A stretch of 64,000 bases of DNA from Octopus vulgaris (taxonomy: Eukaryota): assembly GCA_951406725.2 (NCBI GenBank), contig OX597823.1, forward strand, positions 67,828,001 to 67,892,000, in the 5' to 3' direction. Positions within the stretch are counted from its first letter, which is position 1, and each line of letters begins with the position of its first letter. The position numbers and the translations under genes are program-made. This document shows positions 26,297-39,430 of this stretch, piece by piece. The notes under the pieces are model-generated. The model did no database searches, was not told the origin of the DNA, and saw nothing but the letters and a program-made list of their open reading frames with translations.

Positions 26297-26692
26297 GGCG
26301 TAGGAGTGGCTGTGTGGTAAGTAGCTTGCTTACGAACCACATGGTTCCGGGTTCAGTCCCTCTGCATGGCACCTTGGGCAAGTGTCTTCTACTATAGCCT
26401 CGGGCCGACCAAAGCCTTGTGAGTGGATTTGGTAGACGGAAACTCAAACAAGCCCGTTGTATATATGTATGTATATATATGTGTGTGTGTATGTTTGTGT
26501 GTCTGTGTTTGTCCCCCAACATCGCTTGACAACCGATGCTGGTGTGTTTACATCCCCGTAACTTAGCGACTCAGCAAAAGAGACCGACAAAATAAGTACT
26601 AGGCTTACAAAGAATAAGTCCTGGGGTCGATTTGCTCGACTAAAGGTGGTGCTCTGGCATGGCCAGTCACATGACCGAAACAAGTAAAAGAG
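26297..26692 (+). mobile_element. SINE family A, full length, young
   Basis: ggcgtaggagtggctgtgtggtaag...ggttcagtcc...gcaccttgggcaagtg...gaaacaagtaaaagag; CpGs retained. Confidence 0.9.
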
Positions 26693-27160
26693 TACAACAT
26701 ATCCTCCGAACAACTCCTCCTTCTATTTGTGTCCACTCACTACATTCCCTTGTGGAGGCACGTGGGTAAGGGTGTCGGATTCATGATTGTAAGATTGTGG
26801 TTTTGATTCCTGGACTGGATGATGCGTTGTGTTTCTGGAACAAAACACTTCATTTCACATTGCTCCAGTCCACTCACCTGGCTAAAATGAGTACTCCTGT
26901 GACAGACTAGCATTCTCTTCAGGTGGGAATTTATATGACATGGAAACTAGGAAACCAGCACAACTCAAGACAGTATCTTTACCTTTACTTACAACATTCC
27001 CTCCACTCCATCTCCCACTTCCTTTTCACAATCTTACCCATCCACTCACCCCATCAACTTACCCATCCAATCCTTGGTTCTACATCACTTATATACACCA
27101 CCTTATAACATGAATGTGTAGCAAGGCACCTTTTTCTGTCTCTTTATTCATACTCTAACT

Positions 27161-27288
27161 CAGTGTTTCTCAAACTTTTTACCCTTGCATAACCCTTAAA
27201 ATAAATTACATGTCTCAAGGAACCCCAGCACAAAAAAAATTATATACCATATCTTTCTCATATTTTTTCATTGAAGTTAATGAGGAAA

Positions 27289-27320
<32 letters not shown>

Positions 27321-27550
27321 GTATAATATATATGTATGTATGTATAATATATATGTATGTATGTATGTATATATATATATATATAGTTATATATAATAAG
27401 GTTAGATAGGATGATGTCTATATTACAATAACCAATAATATGTTAAGCATGAATAGTAATATTAAGATCATGAAATTAGCATTAGCTTATCTCACTCTTT
27501 CTCATGGAACCCCTAGGCACCTGTTGCGGAACCCCAGTTGAGAAAGGCTG
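27161..27550. mobile_element. hAT (Charlie-like) MITE
   Basis: TIRs cagtgtttctcaa / ttgagaaaggctg; imperfect 8-bp TSD ctctaact / ctataacc. Confidence 0.7.
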
Positions 27551-28093
27551 CTATAACCTCTTGTCACTGGGCACAAAGCCACCGCCCTCAATACTACTCT
27601 CCCCCTCAGTTGAGAGGTCCTGTCTTGTAAGTTATTTGATGACTTCACTAGTGTTGGTGCCATGTAAAAAAACACCCGATACATTCTGTAAAGTGATTGA
27701 TGTTAGAAAGGGCATTCAGCCATAGAAACCATGCCAAAGCAGATAGTAGGGCTTGGCACAGTTTTCTGGCTTACTAGCTTGTATCAAACCATTCAGCCAA
27801 TGCCATCAAGGAAAAGGAACTTGAATGATGATGATGATTTAACAAAAGAGAAAAAGACTAACTCAATACATGTTGTAGAGCATATTGTGTGAAGCTGGTG
27901 AGTCACCCAGTTACTACTCTGAATTTATCTTCAGTATAATCTTTTAGGTGACAAGATTTAATGTCTATAGCTGTCTCTGAGTATGGGAATTAATTGCAAT
28001 CTTCGGTATGCACATACACATGCATGCATGTGCACACACACATGCACGAACACACACAGATAGATAGATAGATAGATAGATAGATATACATAC

Positions 28094-28187
28094 CTGTTTA
28101 GTAAAATACCTTTCTCCATTTCATCTCTAGATACAAAATGGTAATCCCTTCCATCAACTTCATGAGGTTTTTTTAGTCTAGTTGTAT
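28094..28187 (-). CDS. MPP7: MPP7-like exon (GK nucleotide/phosphopeptide-binding subdomain)
   Basis: tttcttccag|AT ACA...AAC AG|gtatgt; 94 nt, phase 1/2; (Y)TTRLKKPHEVDGRDYHFVSRDEMEKGILLN(R). Confidence 0.93.
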
Positions 28188-29679
28188 CTGGAAGAAAGAT
28201 ATCAAATTGCTGAATACTATCTTTAACCAACATCAATTATAATTTCAGTTTCAATGAAAAACACAAAATATCTATAAATTAAAATGTCTATAAACATAAA
28301 TTTTCCTCTCTTAATTGTTTAGATTTAAATCATAATAATTATGGCCTAAATAGTCATTTACCCTGGGTATAGTTACTAATGTTGATCTGTTTAGTATTAG
28401 TTAATGGCATGACATATTTCCTAAATGAATTATTAAAATATGGCAAACTGGTTGAAACAAGTCCCATTCTACTATTACATTTTTCTATATATTTTAAAGT
28501 TCACCTGGTTGATTTTATTGGAGTTTGCTACTTTGCTATTTTTTAAAAATAATTTAAAATCCTTCTGGAGAGATAAATTGTCTACAAATTCCATTAATAA
28601 TGCCATTTAATCAAAACAGTTCAACTTACTGTATTCCATATGTGAAATCTTACCATATTTAAAAAAGTAGAACATTATTGGATTTAATTGTTATTATTTA
28701 GCACTAGGTCAGATTTGATCAAACTAATCTATAACCAAAGTTATTCCAGCTTTGATGTCCTCTCTCTGTCTCTCTCTTCTTTCCAGGCTCTTTTGTCCAA
28801 TGTTTCCTTTCATATTTAAGATGGTAGGGTGTGATTTGGCTAATATTTTTAACATGTTAGCATACTGTAATGAGGTTTTCTCAGCTCATATTCAAGCTGT
28901 TTAGTTTTACATCTTTGTGTTCAGCATTGAAATCCCTTCAGTGACTGTTTTTCCTTTTATCCTTACAAGTTTGATTCAATTACATCAATTCATTTCACTA
29001 TTCTCACAGAAACACTCGTTGAAAAAGAAATGCTGGACATTGCTCTCTTTTATCATCTGCACTTGGAGTTCATTTTCAACTGCGAATAAATAATGGCTGG
29101 CTGATTGCAAGAGTGCAAACTTTCTTAGTTAATAGCGTTTTATGTTGGAAATGATTAATTTTGATTGGCTATGCTTCAGAACACCAAATTTACCACTGGG
29201 CATTCCTTTGAATCACAAATATCAAACTGCAGAGGAACTTTGTGGAAGACATGCATTTCCCTAGTTGATGATCTAACCAGCTATTTAATATGAGAGTTAA
29301 TTAAGTAGTCTTTGCCATGGCCAGGGATCACTGGATTAGAGGTCATGCCAGCATTGAATACATAACATCTAGTATCTAAAAGAATTATCCTCTTGAAATT
29401 TGACCTTGTACCTGGTTAGAAGAAATTCAATGGGCATGCTGGTATGGACATGTGAATAGATATGAGTGATGATAGGTGAATGGAGTTGTGACAGGAGATT
29501 CATGTGGGAGGAAACAATGGAAGAAGACATAAGAAGTGGAGAGGGCTGATCTCTAGAGCTGAATTTCACAAAGGAGAATGACAGAGCAAAGCAACAAGTG
29601 GTATGATGCTGTGTTTATCTAGACCCAAGCAACCCACACAAGCATCAGAAAATGAAATTTAAAAAAAACGATTATGATG

Positions 29680-31560
29680 ATGAAGATGATAGATGACGAC
29701 CACTACAACAGGCTCTTAGAGAACAACATCACACAAAAATATAGACAGGCCGCACCACATACCTATGATAACATCAATAATGAGGCTAAACAAATAGCCA
29801 CCTACCTATACATCGCCAACAGGGTAGAAATACTAGCTAAACGTAATGCTTTTATAACTATCAAGGATCACAAACTGAACTTTGCTTCCAACCCTAAATG
29901 CTGCCTGATTAACCTTGCCAAATCCCAAATCGGACTGGTGAGTAAACACATCCTAAGAAGGTTAATAAAGACATAAGGAAGGCATCTAATTTCTCTTTAT
30001 GGCGTAACATAATTGAGGTGTTACATTGGTTTGAGACCAGATGAAGCACTTTTAGAGCCAGGTTCATACAATTCGATATAGTAGACTTTTATCCATCAAT
30101 ATCAATAATGTTACTTGATATGCTAGACAAATTACCGATGTAAGTGATAGAGAAATAGATATAATTATGCATGCTAGGAAAATGCTACTGTTCAACCAGG
30201 ATTCAACCTGGATCAGTTCATGCAATGGGGGCATATGACAGTGATGATATTTGCAACCTTATAGGGTTTTACATTCTAGACACCTTGGGTAATAAATTCC
30301 CCTCTGTCCACTTTGGCTTATATAGAGATGATGCCTTAGCCATCTCCAGAGGCACTAACAGCCATACATTAGATAGGCTTAGAAAAGACATCATACACGC
30401 CCTCAACAACCTTGGCCTTAAAATCACCATAGAGACTAACCTCACCGTGGTGAACTTCTTGAATGTCAAGCTTGATTTAGACAGTGGCACCTACAGACCA
30501 TACCACAAACTGAATGATAGGCTATCATACATTAATACAGCCTCCTGCCACCCACCCATAGTGTTCAAAAACTAATAAAGGTATCAGTAAATGGATTTTG
30601 ATCTTATTTTCAAATAAAGATATTTTCAACGCAGTGGCTCCCACTTACAATGAGGCACTAGCGGCCAGCAGGTTCAAGGACAATATAGTATGTACACCCA
30701 GATCGAGCAACCATAAAAGGAAACATCACCGCAAGACCTTATGGGTTACTCCCCACTTCTCCCTAAACGTCTGGACATGTAGGTAAGATTTTTTTAGGTT
30801 GGTTGATAAGCAGTCCATGCAAACACACAAATATAGAAAGATCTTTAACAGACATAACTTAAGGATCTCTTTCAGTTGTGCATCCAATGTTAAGAAAAAG
30901 TTACTTAGCACTCTTAAACCATGGACAGAGGCAGGTTGTTCATGCAGAATTAGAAATGAATGCCGAGTGGATGGCCAATGTAACACTGAGGCTACAGTGT
31001 ACCAAGCAAAGGTAGCCTCAAACAGGCGCAGCACAAATATCAGTTACATAAATGCGAGCACAGGGACACCCACTAAAATTTTGTGAATCCAAATTTAAAA
31101 TTCACCTGAACAACCACAGATCTTTCACGATCCTAGAGAGATGCAACACTCGCAGCATACATATGGTGCCTAAAGGACGATCATATGCTCTTTAGCATCA
31201 GGTGGAAATTACTAGGAACTTGTGGACCTTGTCACAATGGAACAAGACTATGTAAATAGTGTTTGGCAGAAATATATGTAATCCTTATGAGCTCACATGA
31301 GCCAGGAGGCTACCTGAACTCCAGGATGGAAACCGTAGGGAGTTATCCACATTTTTGGAAATTTTTACTTAAAAATTCAAAAACCTAGCTATCAAGCGAA
31401 GGAAGACAACTCGCCCAGCCATAACATTTTCAACTATCACCGGCTTTCTTGTGTTTTTAAAAAAATCATTCTTTCCAGAAAACGGTTATCATTTCAAGAA
31501 AATTAAGACATGTCTAGTTCACGCTAGATATGAAACCAATGATTTTTTTCTAAAACTGTT
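29680..31560 (+). mobile_element. Penelope-like retroelement (RT plus C-terminal GIY-YIG endonuclease; probably Naiad-type), 5'-truncated and frameshifted
   Basis: AFITIKDHK.NF..NPKC.LIN; FDIVDFYPSI; MGAYDSDDICNLIG; GLYRDDAL; VNFLNVKLDL..GTYRPYHK; CSCRIRNECRVDGQC..ATVYQAKV; FKIHLNNH; YIWCLK; CK*CLAE; YLNSRME. Coding ends about 31388, followed by a pLTR-like stem-loop. Confidence 0.88.
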
Positions 31561-31612
31561 ACTTTACACATACAGAATTGCTCTTTTTCTGATCTATGAT
31601 CTTGTAATGAAG

Positions 31613-31645
<33 letters not shown>

Positions 31646-32045
31646 CACACATACATACATACATCATCATCATCATTTACTGTCTATTTACTATGCTGGC
31701 ATGGGTTGGACAGCTTGACAGGAATTGACAAGGCCAGGGGCCATATCAGATTCCATTGTCTATATGCCTGTAAGTATGTATATGAGTGTGTGTGTGTGTG
31801 TGTGTGTATGCATGTATGGCAAATGGTAGGTGTATAAACTTATGAGGAATATGAACTTGTCAGTTCTAGCAATATTATATTTCTCTAAAATAAAAAGAAT
31901 TATCATAATTCAGTTCAGTACTAAGCTGCTTCTTTGCTGTGATATTTAGTTTATACACTCACTCAAACTCACGTATGTAGTATATATGAGCATATGAATT
32001 TTAAAGCTAAGCATCAAACCATTTCACTTTTCCATATACATATAC

Positions 32046-32077
<32 letters not shown>

Positions 32078-32134
32078 GTACACACACACACACACATACC
32101 TACATAAATATACATACATATATATATTTATTTA

Positions 32135-32690
32135 TATTATGGCTGCCCCCTCGTTATCGAGTATGGCCATTGCACGAAGCTTAACAGTTACTGGTGCTGT
32201 GATCAAATGTGACTTTTTAGCCCAGCTAAAGATTTACAATGTCTTGTACAAAATTGGCAACTAAAACCTTTACTGGTAATAGCCGGCTGTAGTTGTAACT
32301 GGGCTTCATGTACCTTTGCATGTCGTTTAAGTCCTCCTGCCGAATTACACTCTCTTCCACATGCCTGACAGATATGATTAGTATGGGGTGTTACACCACC
32401 ACCAGTGGCCAGGTTGTCACTCATCTGTCTCATTTTATGACTACGAAGATGACTCATGAGTCCAGCTTTACTGAGGCAGGGTCTTGCACAGACATTGCAT
32501 GTCAGAATCAAAGGAAGATCCTTCCCTTCTGGAAGTGTAACAGCGATGCCTTTCCTGACATCCCTCCTTACTTTCTCATGTGCAACTTGAGATTTCTCAA
32601 ACGTAGCTGTCCCCTCATGCACAATCCTTCTCCACCTGCTACGATCAACAGCTATGCCTTCCCATGTGTCAGGAGAGATGCAAGCATCTC
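32135..32690 (-). mobile_element. RTE-type LINE 3' fragment with three C2H2 zinc fingers
   Basis: ...TWEGIAVDRSRWRRIVHEG (RTE C-terminal motif), then CNVC..HLRSH, CQAC..HAKVH, CQFC..HI*SQH, then a short 3' UTR ending ...gagggggcagccataat. Confidence 0.75.
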
Positions 32691-32742
32691 TTTATTTATA
32701 TACATACATGTATACAAACATATATATTCTATTATTATCCTA

Positions 32743-33273
32743 TTTCTAATATGTTCATTGCATTGTATCTTTATTGTGAGTTTATGGTGGTTTTGGAGCA
32801 TTGGCTCTGATTTTAGCAAGTGGTACTATATATCCCACTAATTCTAAATTTGTATTATATTGTATCTGTAACAGTGTGGACTTGCTGCCCACCTTATTAT
32901 TACCTTATTAATACCATTAATAACAGTAATAATACATCTTTATTTAGAATTTATTCTTGCTCATGATAGTTTTCTTTTAAACAGTGGGATATTTAAAGTA
33001 AGGAACACCTGAGCTAATGTAGTGAATATTTTAGAAATAGATGTTAAAATGTTATTTTCAACTCAAGATCCCAGAGTATGTTGGTCGTGCAGAGGGTGAA
33101 ATCAATTGGTATTGAAATATACATTACTTTCTGATGTATTCAACGCAAATGTAAGCCTGTTTCTAATATGTTCATTGCATTGATTATGTGTATCTTTATT
33201 GCGAGTTTATGGTGGTTTGGGAGCATTGGCTCTGATTGCAGTAAGTGGTATTATATATACCCTACTGAGTCTA
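32743..33273 (+). repeat. ~105-bp direct duplication (32743-32846 and 33160-33273)
   Basis: tttctaatatgttcattgcattg...gagtttatggtggttt.ggagcattggctctgatt...aagtggta occurs twice, diverged. Confidence 0.85.
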
Positions 33274-34090
33274 TGTATATATGCGTATATACACATCTGT
33301 ACATGTATACATACATACATATACACACATATTCATTCATACATATGTACATACACACACACATATATATATATATTTATATAATTATAAATTTTCTATA
33401 GGAAAGCATAGAAAGCATGGAAGTGCTTGAGTCAAATATATATACAAATGTGCATGCATATACATTCACACATATACTCACATGTATACACATATATATA
33501 AGCGTACACATATATTACACATTAAGTACATATATATATATATGTACATACATATGCATACAAGAAGAATTCAGCTGTTAATATCCAGGTTATAGATTTT
33601 CATTTGTACTGTTTGTACCTATTACCATGTGTGCACTAAGCAATGTGCCAGTAGATCTGCATCGTAATTTAGAAATACTGTTGTTTTCCACAAAACAACA
33701 GAGCAAACTAATCCACTTTCTCCAAATACTATTGAGTAGAGGTATAAAGAAAATCTGCAAAACATTCCAGGGATTTAGGGCTGAACACATACACAATTAT
33801 ATAAACATGGAATTTATACGTACTAACACTTGTTTAGTAATGGAAGATACACATACATAACATGAATGCAAATTTATCCATGCACACATGTATGTACAAT
33901 GCATATGTGCATGGATAACTATAGAAACCATGCCAAAGTGAATTAGACATTGAAGCATGATGATGTAGTCCTTTAAACTATCAGAAAATCCTGTTAAACT
34001 CTCTGACCCATGCCAGTGTGGAACATGGATGATGTTAATGATAATTATATATACATGTGTGTGTGTGTGTGTGGCATGTGCGTGTATGTA

Positions 34091-34455
34091 ACTTTTACTT
34101 GTTTCAGCCATCAACCTGTGGCCATGTTGGGGCACTGCTTTGAAAAATTTTTAGTTGAATGAATCAACCCCAGTATTATTTTTTTTTTGTAGCCTGGTAC
34201 TTGATCCATTGATTTCTTTTGCTGAACCACTAAGTTATGGGAACGGCAGTTGTTAAGTGGCAGTGAGAGACAGATACACACACACACATTACATATATAC
34301 GATGAGCTTCTTTCAGTTTCTGTCTACCAAATCCACTCACAAGGCTTTGGTTGGCCCAAGGTTATAAAAGAAGAAACTTGCCCAAATTGTCACACAGTGG
34401 GACTGAACCTGGAACCATGTAGTTGGGAATCAAGCTTCTTGCCACACCCGCACCT
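34091..34455 (-). mobile_element. SINE family A
   Basis: Reverse complement of the family A layout. Confidence 0.75.
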
Positions 34456-36190
34456 GTATGTATGTATGTATGTATGTATGTATGTATTTGTATATATATA
34501 TATATATATATATAAAAGGGTAAAGACCCCCTTCGGTCATGAATGACCATGGGATTGCACCTAGAAAGTTACCCTCCTAGACACAAGTCCGGGCAAGGTT
34601 GTTTTTATGGAAGACCAGCAGTCGCCCATGCATACCAGCCTCCCCTCTCCACGCCACCAGTGTTATCCAAGGGAAAGACAAAGGTCGATACAGCTTGGCA
34701 CCAGTACGTCGCAACTCATTTCTACAGCTGAGTGAACTGGAGCAACATGAAATAAAGTGCCTTGCTCAAGAACACAACACGCAGCCCGGTCCGGGATTTG
34801 AGCTCACAACCTCACGATCATAGCTCACAACCTCACGATATATATATATATATATATATCATCATCATCATTTTATGTCTGTTGTCCATGCTGGCATGGG
34901 TTGGACAGTTTGACCAGGGCTGGTAGAGTGAGGGGCTGCACCAGACTCCAGTCGGATTTGACATATTTACAGATATTTTGTCTGATGGTCATTGACTGTT
35001 CATGAGTTCCTCTGCCCTTTGATGGGTCTTATTTTTCATCCCGCAGGGTGTGCAACAACACCCTCCTCACCAAGCAAGCCTGGTAGTGTTGGCAGTTTAG
35101 TCACCAATGACTCAACCATGTAACGAGTTGTACTGGATTACATGTTATCAGTATATATATATATAGTTGGATGTTATGTATGCATAAAATTTGTACATGC
35201 ATATGTGTGTGCTTGAGAGTGTAAATCTCTGGCCTAGTAGATTAGTGAACAACCAACTCAGAGATTTGCAGTTCATTCACGTCATTAGTATTCCATCATA
35301 GCTTCAAACAAAACATAAATCTTTCAATACCTAAGATCAATTATCAATAAATCGTTGATTAGCCCCAGGTCAACTCTGATTGAGCAGACTTGTAACCAAA
35401 AGCATACCATCTGTGACTATTGAGTTTATTTTCTTTCAAACACCATGTGTCATGTATTGAGAATCACATTATTCAGAATGTGTTTCCTCTTTTTTTAAAG
35501 TAGAAATTAGTATTATAGTAGAACATTGTGATAGCTCTTGACGTAATTCCCTGTGTTGTATAAACCACCCAAAGCATATTTTTCAGTAAACTTACAGAAA
35601 TACATCATTAGAAATATCTTTTTGTTAATACTGTTGGTATTTAGTGATAATTTATTTGATATTTGTTCTGATTTGTTGACTTTATCAGCCTTTAAAAGCA
35701 GTGTTAACACATTGATATGTTTTCTTCTCTACTTTGCTTTTCATGTCTCACTATATACATATACACAGTCACATGCTTGCTCATGTTCACATACCTACAT
35801 ACTCTTTCATGCCCACACAGTTACACACACTTTTGCATTTATACAAATAAAACAAAGGCTTCAATGTAAATGTTGTTCTATAGTAGTGAAGCTTGAGCAA
35901 AAACAGAAACACCAGCAGAGGAGATAAATGCTGGATATTGTTTTCTTATACAATTTGCATTTGGATTTTGTTTCCATCAAAGAATTAACAATGAATAGTT
36001 TAGTGCAAAAGTGCAGACTTTCTCAGCTGATAACATTTTACATTCTTAAAGAATATTTTTCATTGGACATGATCTGAGAAAACCAAGTATATACCACTGG
36101 CCACTATTTTGATTCAAATAGAGTTACAGAGCCTTGCTATGTTTTGGAGAATCTTTGTGGAAGACTTAAACTTCACAAGTTAATAATGAT

Positions 36191-36977
36191 CTAGTTAGTT
36201 AGTTAATTTTTTGGCTCAAAAAGCAAAAAGCAAGGCCATGTAGGGGGACATGGAGTTAGGTACGGGGTCGTGTTCATGTAAATAGTTCAGGCCACTTGAG
36301 GTCAAGGGAGACTTTGAACTGAGCGATCGTCGGCATCTTCACCATCTCGTCTGGCAGCTTATTCCACGGATCCGCAACCCGGATGGAGAAAGCCCCTTGC
36401 AGATAGAGCTTTTCAGAATGACCCCGCAGCCGATGCTCTGGAGCAGGAGTGAAGAACAGCTCTTTCGAGAGGTTACACTTTCTGCTTATGATGTTGTGAG
36501 CAAGAATGAGATCTCCACGGCGGCGGCGTTTGTCTAGAGAATAAAGGTCGAGCGTCTTCAGCCTTTTTTCATAAGACAAATTCTTGAGACCAAGAACCAT
36601 GCGGGTAGCCAGCTTCTGGACTCTTTCGAGATGCTGTATGTCTTTGAGGAGATAAGGAGAAGAGGCTTGAATCCCGTACTCCAATATGGGTCTCACCAGC
36701 GTGACACAGAGTGGTAGGAATATGGCTGCTGTGAGCATTCCGAATGACCGTCGAATTAAGAACAGAATTCCGCATGCTTTGTTGGCAGCATGGACGCACT
36801 GGGCCAAAGGCAAAAAGGAGGAATCCACCAAGATACCCAGGTCCTTTACCTGATTGGTCCTCTCCAGCAGCAGACGACCCGGCTCAAAATCAAGTTGAGT
36901 TGCAGGAGGAGAGCCAACAGGCAGAATACAGCACTTTGACACATTCAGACACAGGTCCCATTCGTTAGACCATCTCT
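36191..36977 (-). mobile_element. CR1/L2-group LINE, 5'-truncated 3' end (RT C-terminus) with (TAAC)n tail
   Basis: ORF 36274-36942: VKDLGILVD...LVRPILEY...LERVQKLATRMV..LSYEKRL..LDLYSL..RRRRGDLI...LRGH...FSIRVADPWNKLP. GC-rich and CpG-retaining, so relatively young. Confidence 0.9.
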
Positions 36978-37472
36978 AAGTTAGATATATAATATCAAAT
37001 TTGATGAAGCTGTTGATCTTAATATGGATAGGAACCAATGGAATGGCCAGTATTGAATAGTAATATCTTTTACTTTTATAACTACCTCTTATAGAAACAG
37101 AATGTGCTCAAGGAAAAAACGATTACAAATACATGCACACTTACTTACATGCCTACATATAAACTGTTTTTTAATATTCGGCCACATTAATGTGTTGAGC
37201 TGGCAGAATTGTTAATATGTCAGGCAAAATACTTAGCAACATTTTGTCTGTCTTTGCATTCTGAGTTCAAATCCTGCTGAGGTTGACTAAGCCTTTGATC
37301 CTTTCGAAGTTGATAAAATAAGTACCAGTTGACTCATCCCTTCTCCTGAACTTATTTGAAATAATTTATTTGAAATAAATATTCAGCCATGTTTTTTCAT
37401 TACACTGCTATGATATAAGAACATGCTTTCTTAAGTGAACAAATTAATACAAAGAGCATTATTGTTTCTTAC

Positions 37473-37553
37473 ATGGCACAACTTCTTGGAATCGCTCAGT
37501 ATTACTCGCCATCAAACGCCTCTTCAGTTCATTTCTCCCAACGCCATGCGAAC
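37473..37553 (-). CDS. MPP7: MPP7-like exon (degenerate GK P-loop), not in the ORF track
   Basis: ttccacag|GT TCG...CCA T|gtaaga; 81 nt, phase 1/1; (G)SHGVGRNELKRRLMASNTERFQEVVP(Y). Confidence 0.93.
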
Positions 37554-38551
37554 CTGTGGAATCAAAGGTGAAACATATAGATAATTGTTGGAGTAAATGT
37601 TTGGTAAATAAGGAACAAATTCAAAACAGAAATTATACATTTCAGAAATTCCCTTTTGAATAATTAAAAGTGTATATTAAACTTCAGATTGAAGTTATCT
37701 TATGGGGCCTAATTTATGCACTTAATACTCGGTGAAGCAAAATTAGTTTGAATTAAGAGTGCCAGGCAGCTATAAGATAGTTTGTTATCTACCTGACTTA
37801 GTATATGATGACATTCAGAATTACTGCTATTAATGTATCATAGAAAAATATATATATAATTCAGGCTGCAAGTCAATTCCTTAACAGAATACAACTATCT
37901 GAATGTAATCATTCAAATCTAACTACAGACAGCAGTAAATACCAACTGAAAGGAGAAACATCTTGCACAGATTAGTATATCTTGCCAAAAGCTGTCATAT
38001 TTGGCTTGAATTGTAAGTTGAAGTTTATAGGAATATATACCTTTTCGAATACCATTTCCTAGAAGTAGCCAACAATAAATGTGATGAGTAACGCATTTTT
38101 CTAGATAGAATGACTACGACAGATTAATGTTATGTACTGAAGTAAGCATATACAATAGGTTTTCTATCTATTATGTTGCTGACCAAACATTGCAGCACAT
38201 GAACTACTCTGTCAACATACTTCTGCTAGAGAGCCTTTTGTTAGCTATAGCAGTTGAATGTTTCTTAAATTATGTCTTACTATCATATTCTTTTTTTTTG
38301 AAAAAGGATACATTATATAATGTAATCTGGGATAAATTATGAATGACTGTAAAGGCTTGACTATCTTTCACTGTAAAGTTGCCCATTCAAGGCTGACTGA
38401 GCACAAGATAAGCAACAGTAGTTTCTACAGCATTTTGTCATATGGTTGTGTTAGAACTTTTGTATTATTTTACTCTTCGGCCTTAGAGCAAGAAACACAG
38501 ACTAAACAAACAAACAAAATAAAATCCTTTATCCATCATAAAATTACTTGC

Positions 38552-38638
38552 CTACTAAAACAACTGGTCGTGGGAATTCTGGCTTTGGATGATATAATTG
38601 AACTTCTTCATAGGTGATAATTTCTTCCGAATCATAAA
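38552..38638 (-). CDS. MPP7: MPP7-like exon (HOOK end / GK start), GC donor
   Basis: ttttctgttacag|TT TAT...GTA G|gcaagt; 87 nt, phase 1/1; (V)YDSEEIITYEEVQLYHPKPEFPRPVVLV(G). Confidence 0.9.
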
Positions 38639-39109
38639 CTGTAACAGAAAATAGAATGTAATTGTAATAGAGAATGGGATACAACTGTAATAGAAAGTAC
38701 AATATAATTTGCCATTGAGAATAGAACATCGTTGTCAAAGATAATAGAACAAAATTGTACTTTATTTGCTACAAATGAGACTAAATTTCTAAAACACAAC
38801 TACAGTGCAGACCTTTCAGTAGAAGTCTGAAAGCTGTAGTTTTTTTTTAAAGATTTACAATTCTTTTCTACTGTTCACCCTTCTTCTCTTCATTCTAGTT
38901 ATCACTCTCTTTAATGACTCTTCTCTGCTGTCAAAGTGTTTATGAGTGTGTGAAACTATCCTAAATAATACTTTTAGTTTTGGTAAGAAACTTAGCATTG
39001 TACTCCTGTCTGCAACTGTTCATCCCTAAAACAACAATGATCTCCTTAAATTTCAATCTGAATAACGGAAGTGTTACAATAAGCCTTACTTTTATCTTTA
39101 TGTTGTTTA

Positions 39110-39134
39110 TTAAGAAGAGGATACATAAATACAT

Positions 39135-39173
<39 letters not shown>

Positions 39174-39430
39174 CATGTATATATATAATATATATACATA
39201 CATATATACATACATACATATATATATACATATATATATACATACATACATACATATATATATACATACATACATACATATATATACATACATACATACA
39301 TATATATATATACACATACATATTGTTATACATATATATATATATATTTACATACATATTATACATATATATTATTATATATATATCATCTATATATACA
39401 TACATGCATACATATTACACACACACATAC
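39110..39430. repeat. Long (TA)/(TACA) compound microsatellite
   Basis: Seen directly. Confidence 0.9.

Noticed and set aside
26297-26370. tRNA-like A/B boxes
   Set aside because: These are SINE heads with no complete cloverleaf and continue into the SINE body; not tRNA genes.
30900-31390. Selenocysteine recoding in the Penelope-like element (reported for some Naiad elements)
   Set aside because: The Cys positions I could read are TGT/TGC, and the interrupting stop in CK*C is TAG at a Leu-type position. With the frameshifts this indicates ordinary decay.
32203-32622. Stand-alone host zinc-finger gene
   Set aside because: It is preceded in frame by a LINE C-terminal motif and followed by a LINE-like tail; the third finger is broken by a stop.
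36274-36942. 222-aa ORF as a functional gene
   Set aside because: It is only the C-terminal part of a 5'-truncated LINE RT, lacking the catalytic core, and appears to have a small internal deletion.
37473-37553. Catalytically active guanylate kinase
   Set aside because: The P-loop is GSHGVGR, lacking the canonical GK(S/T), and it follows a HOOK region. This is the usual inactive MAGUK GK domain.
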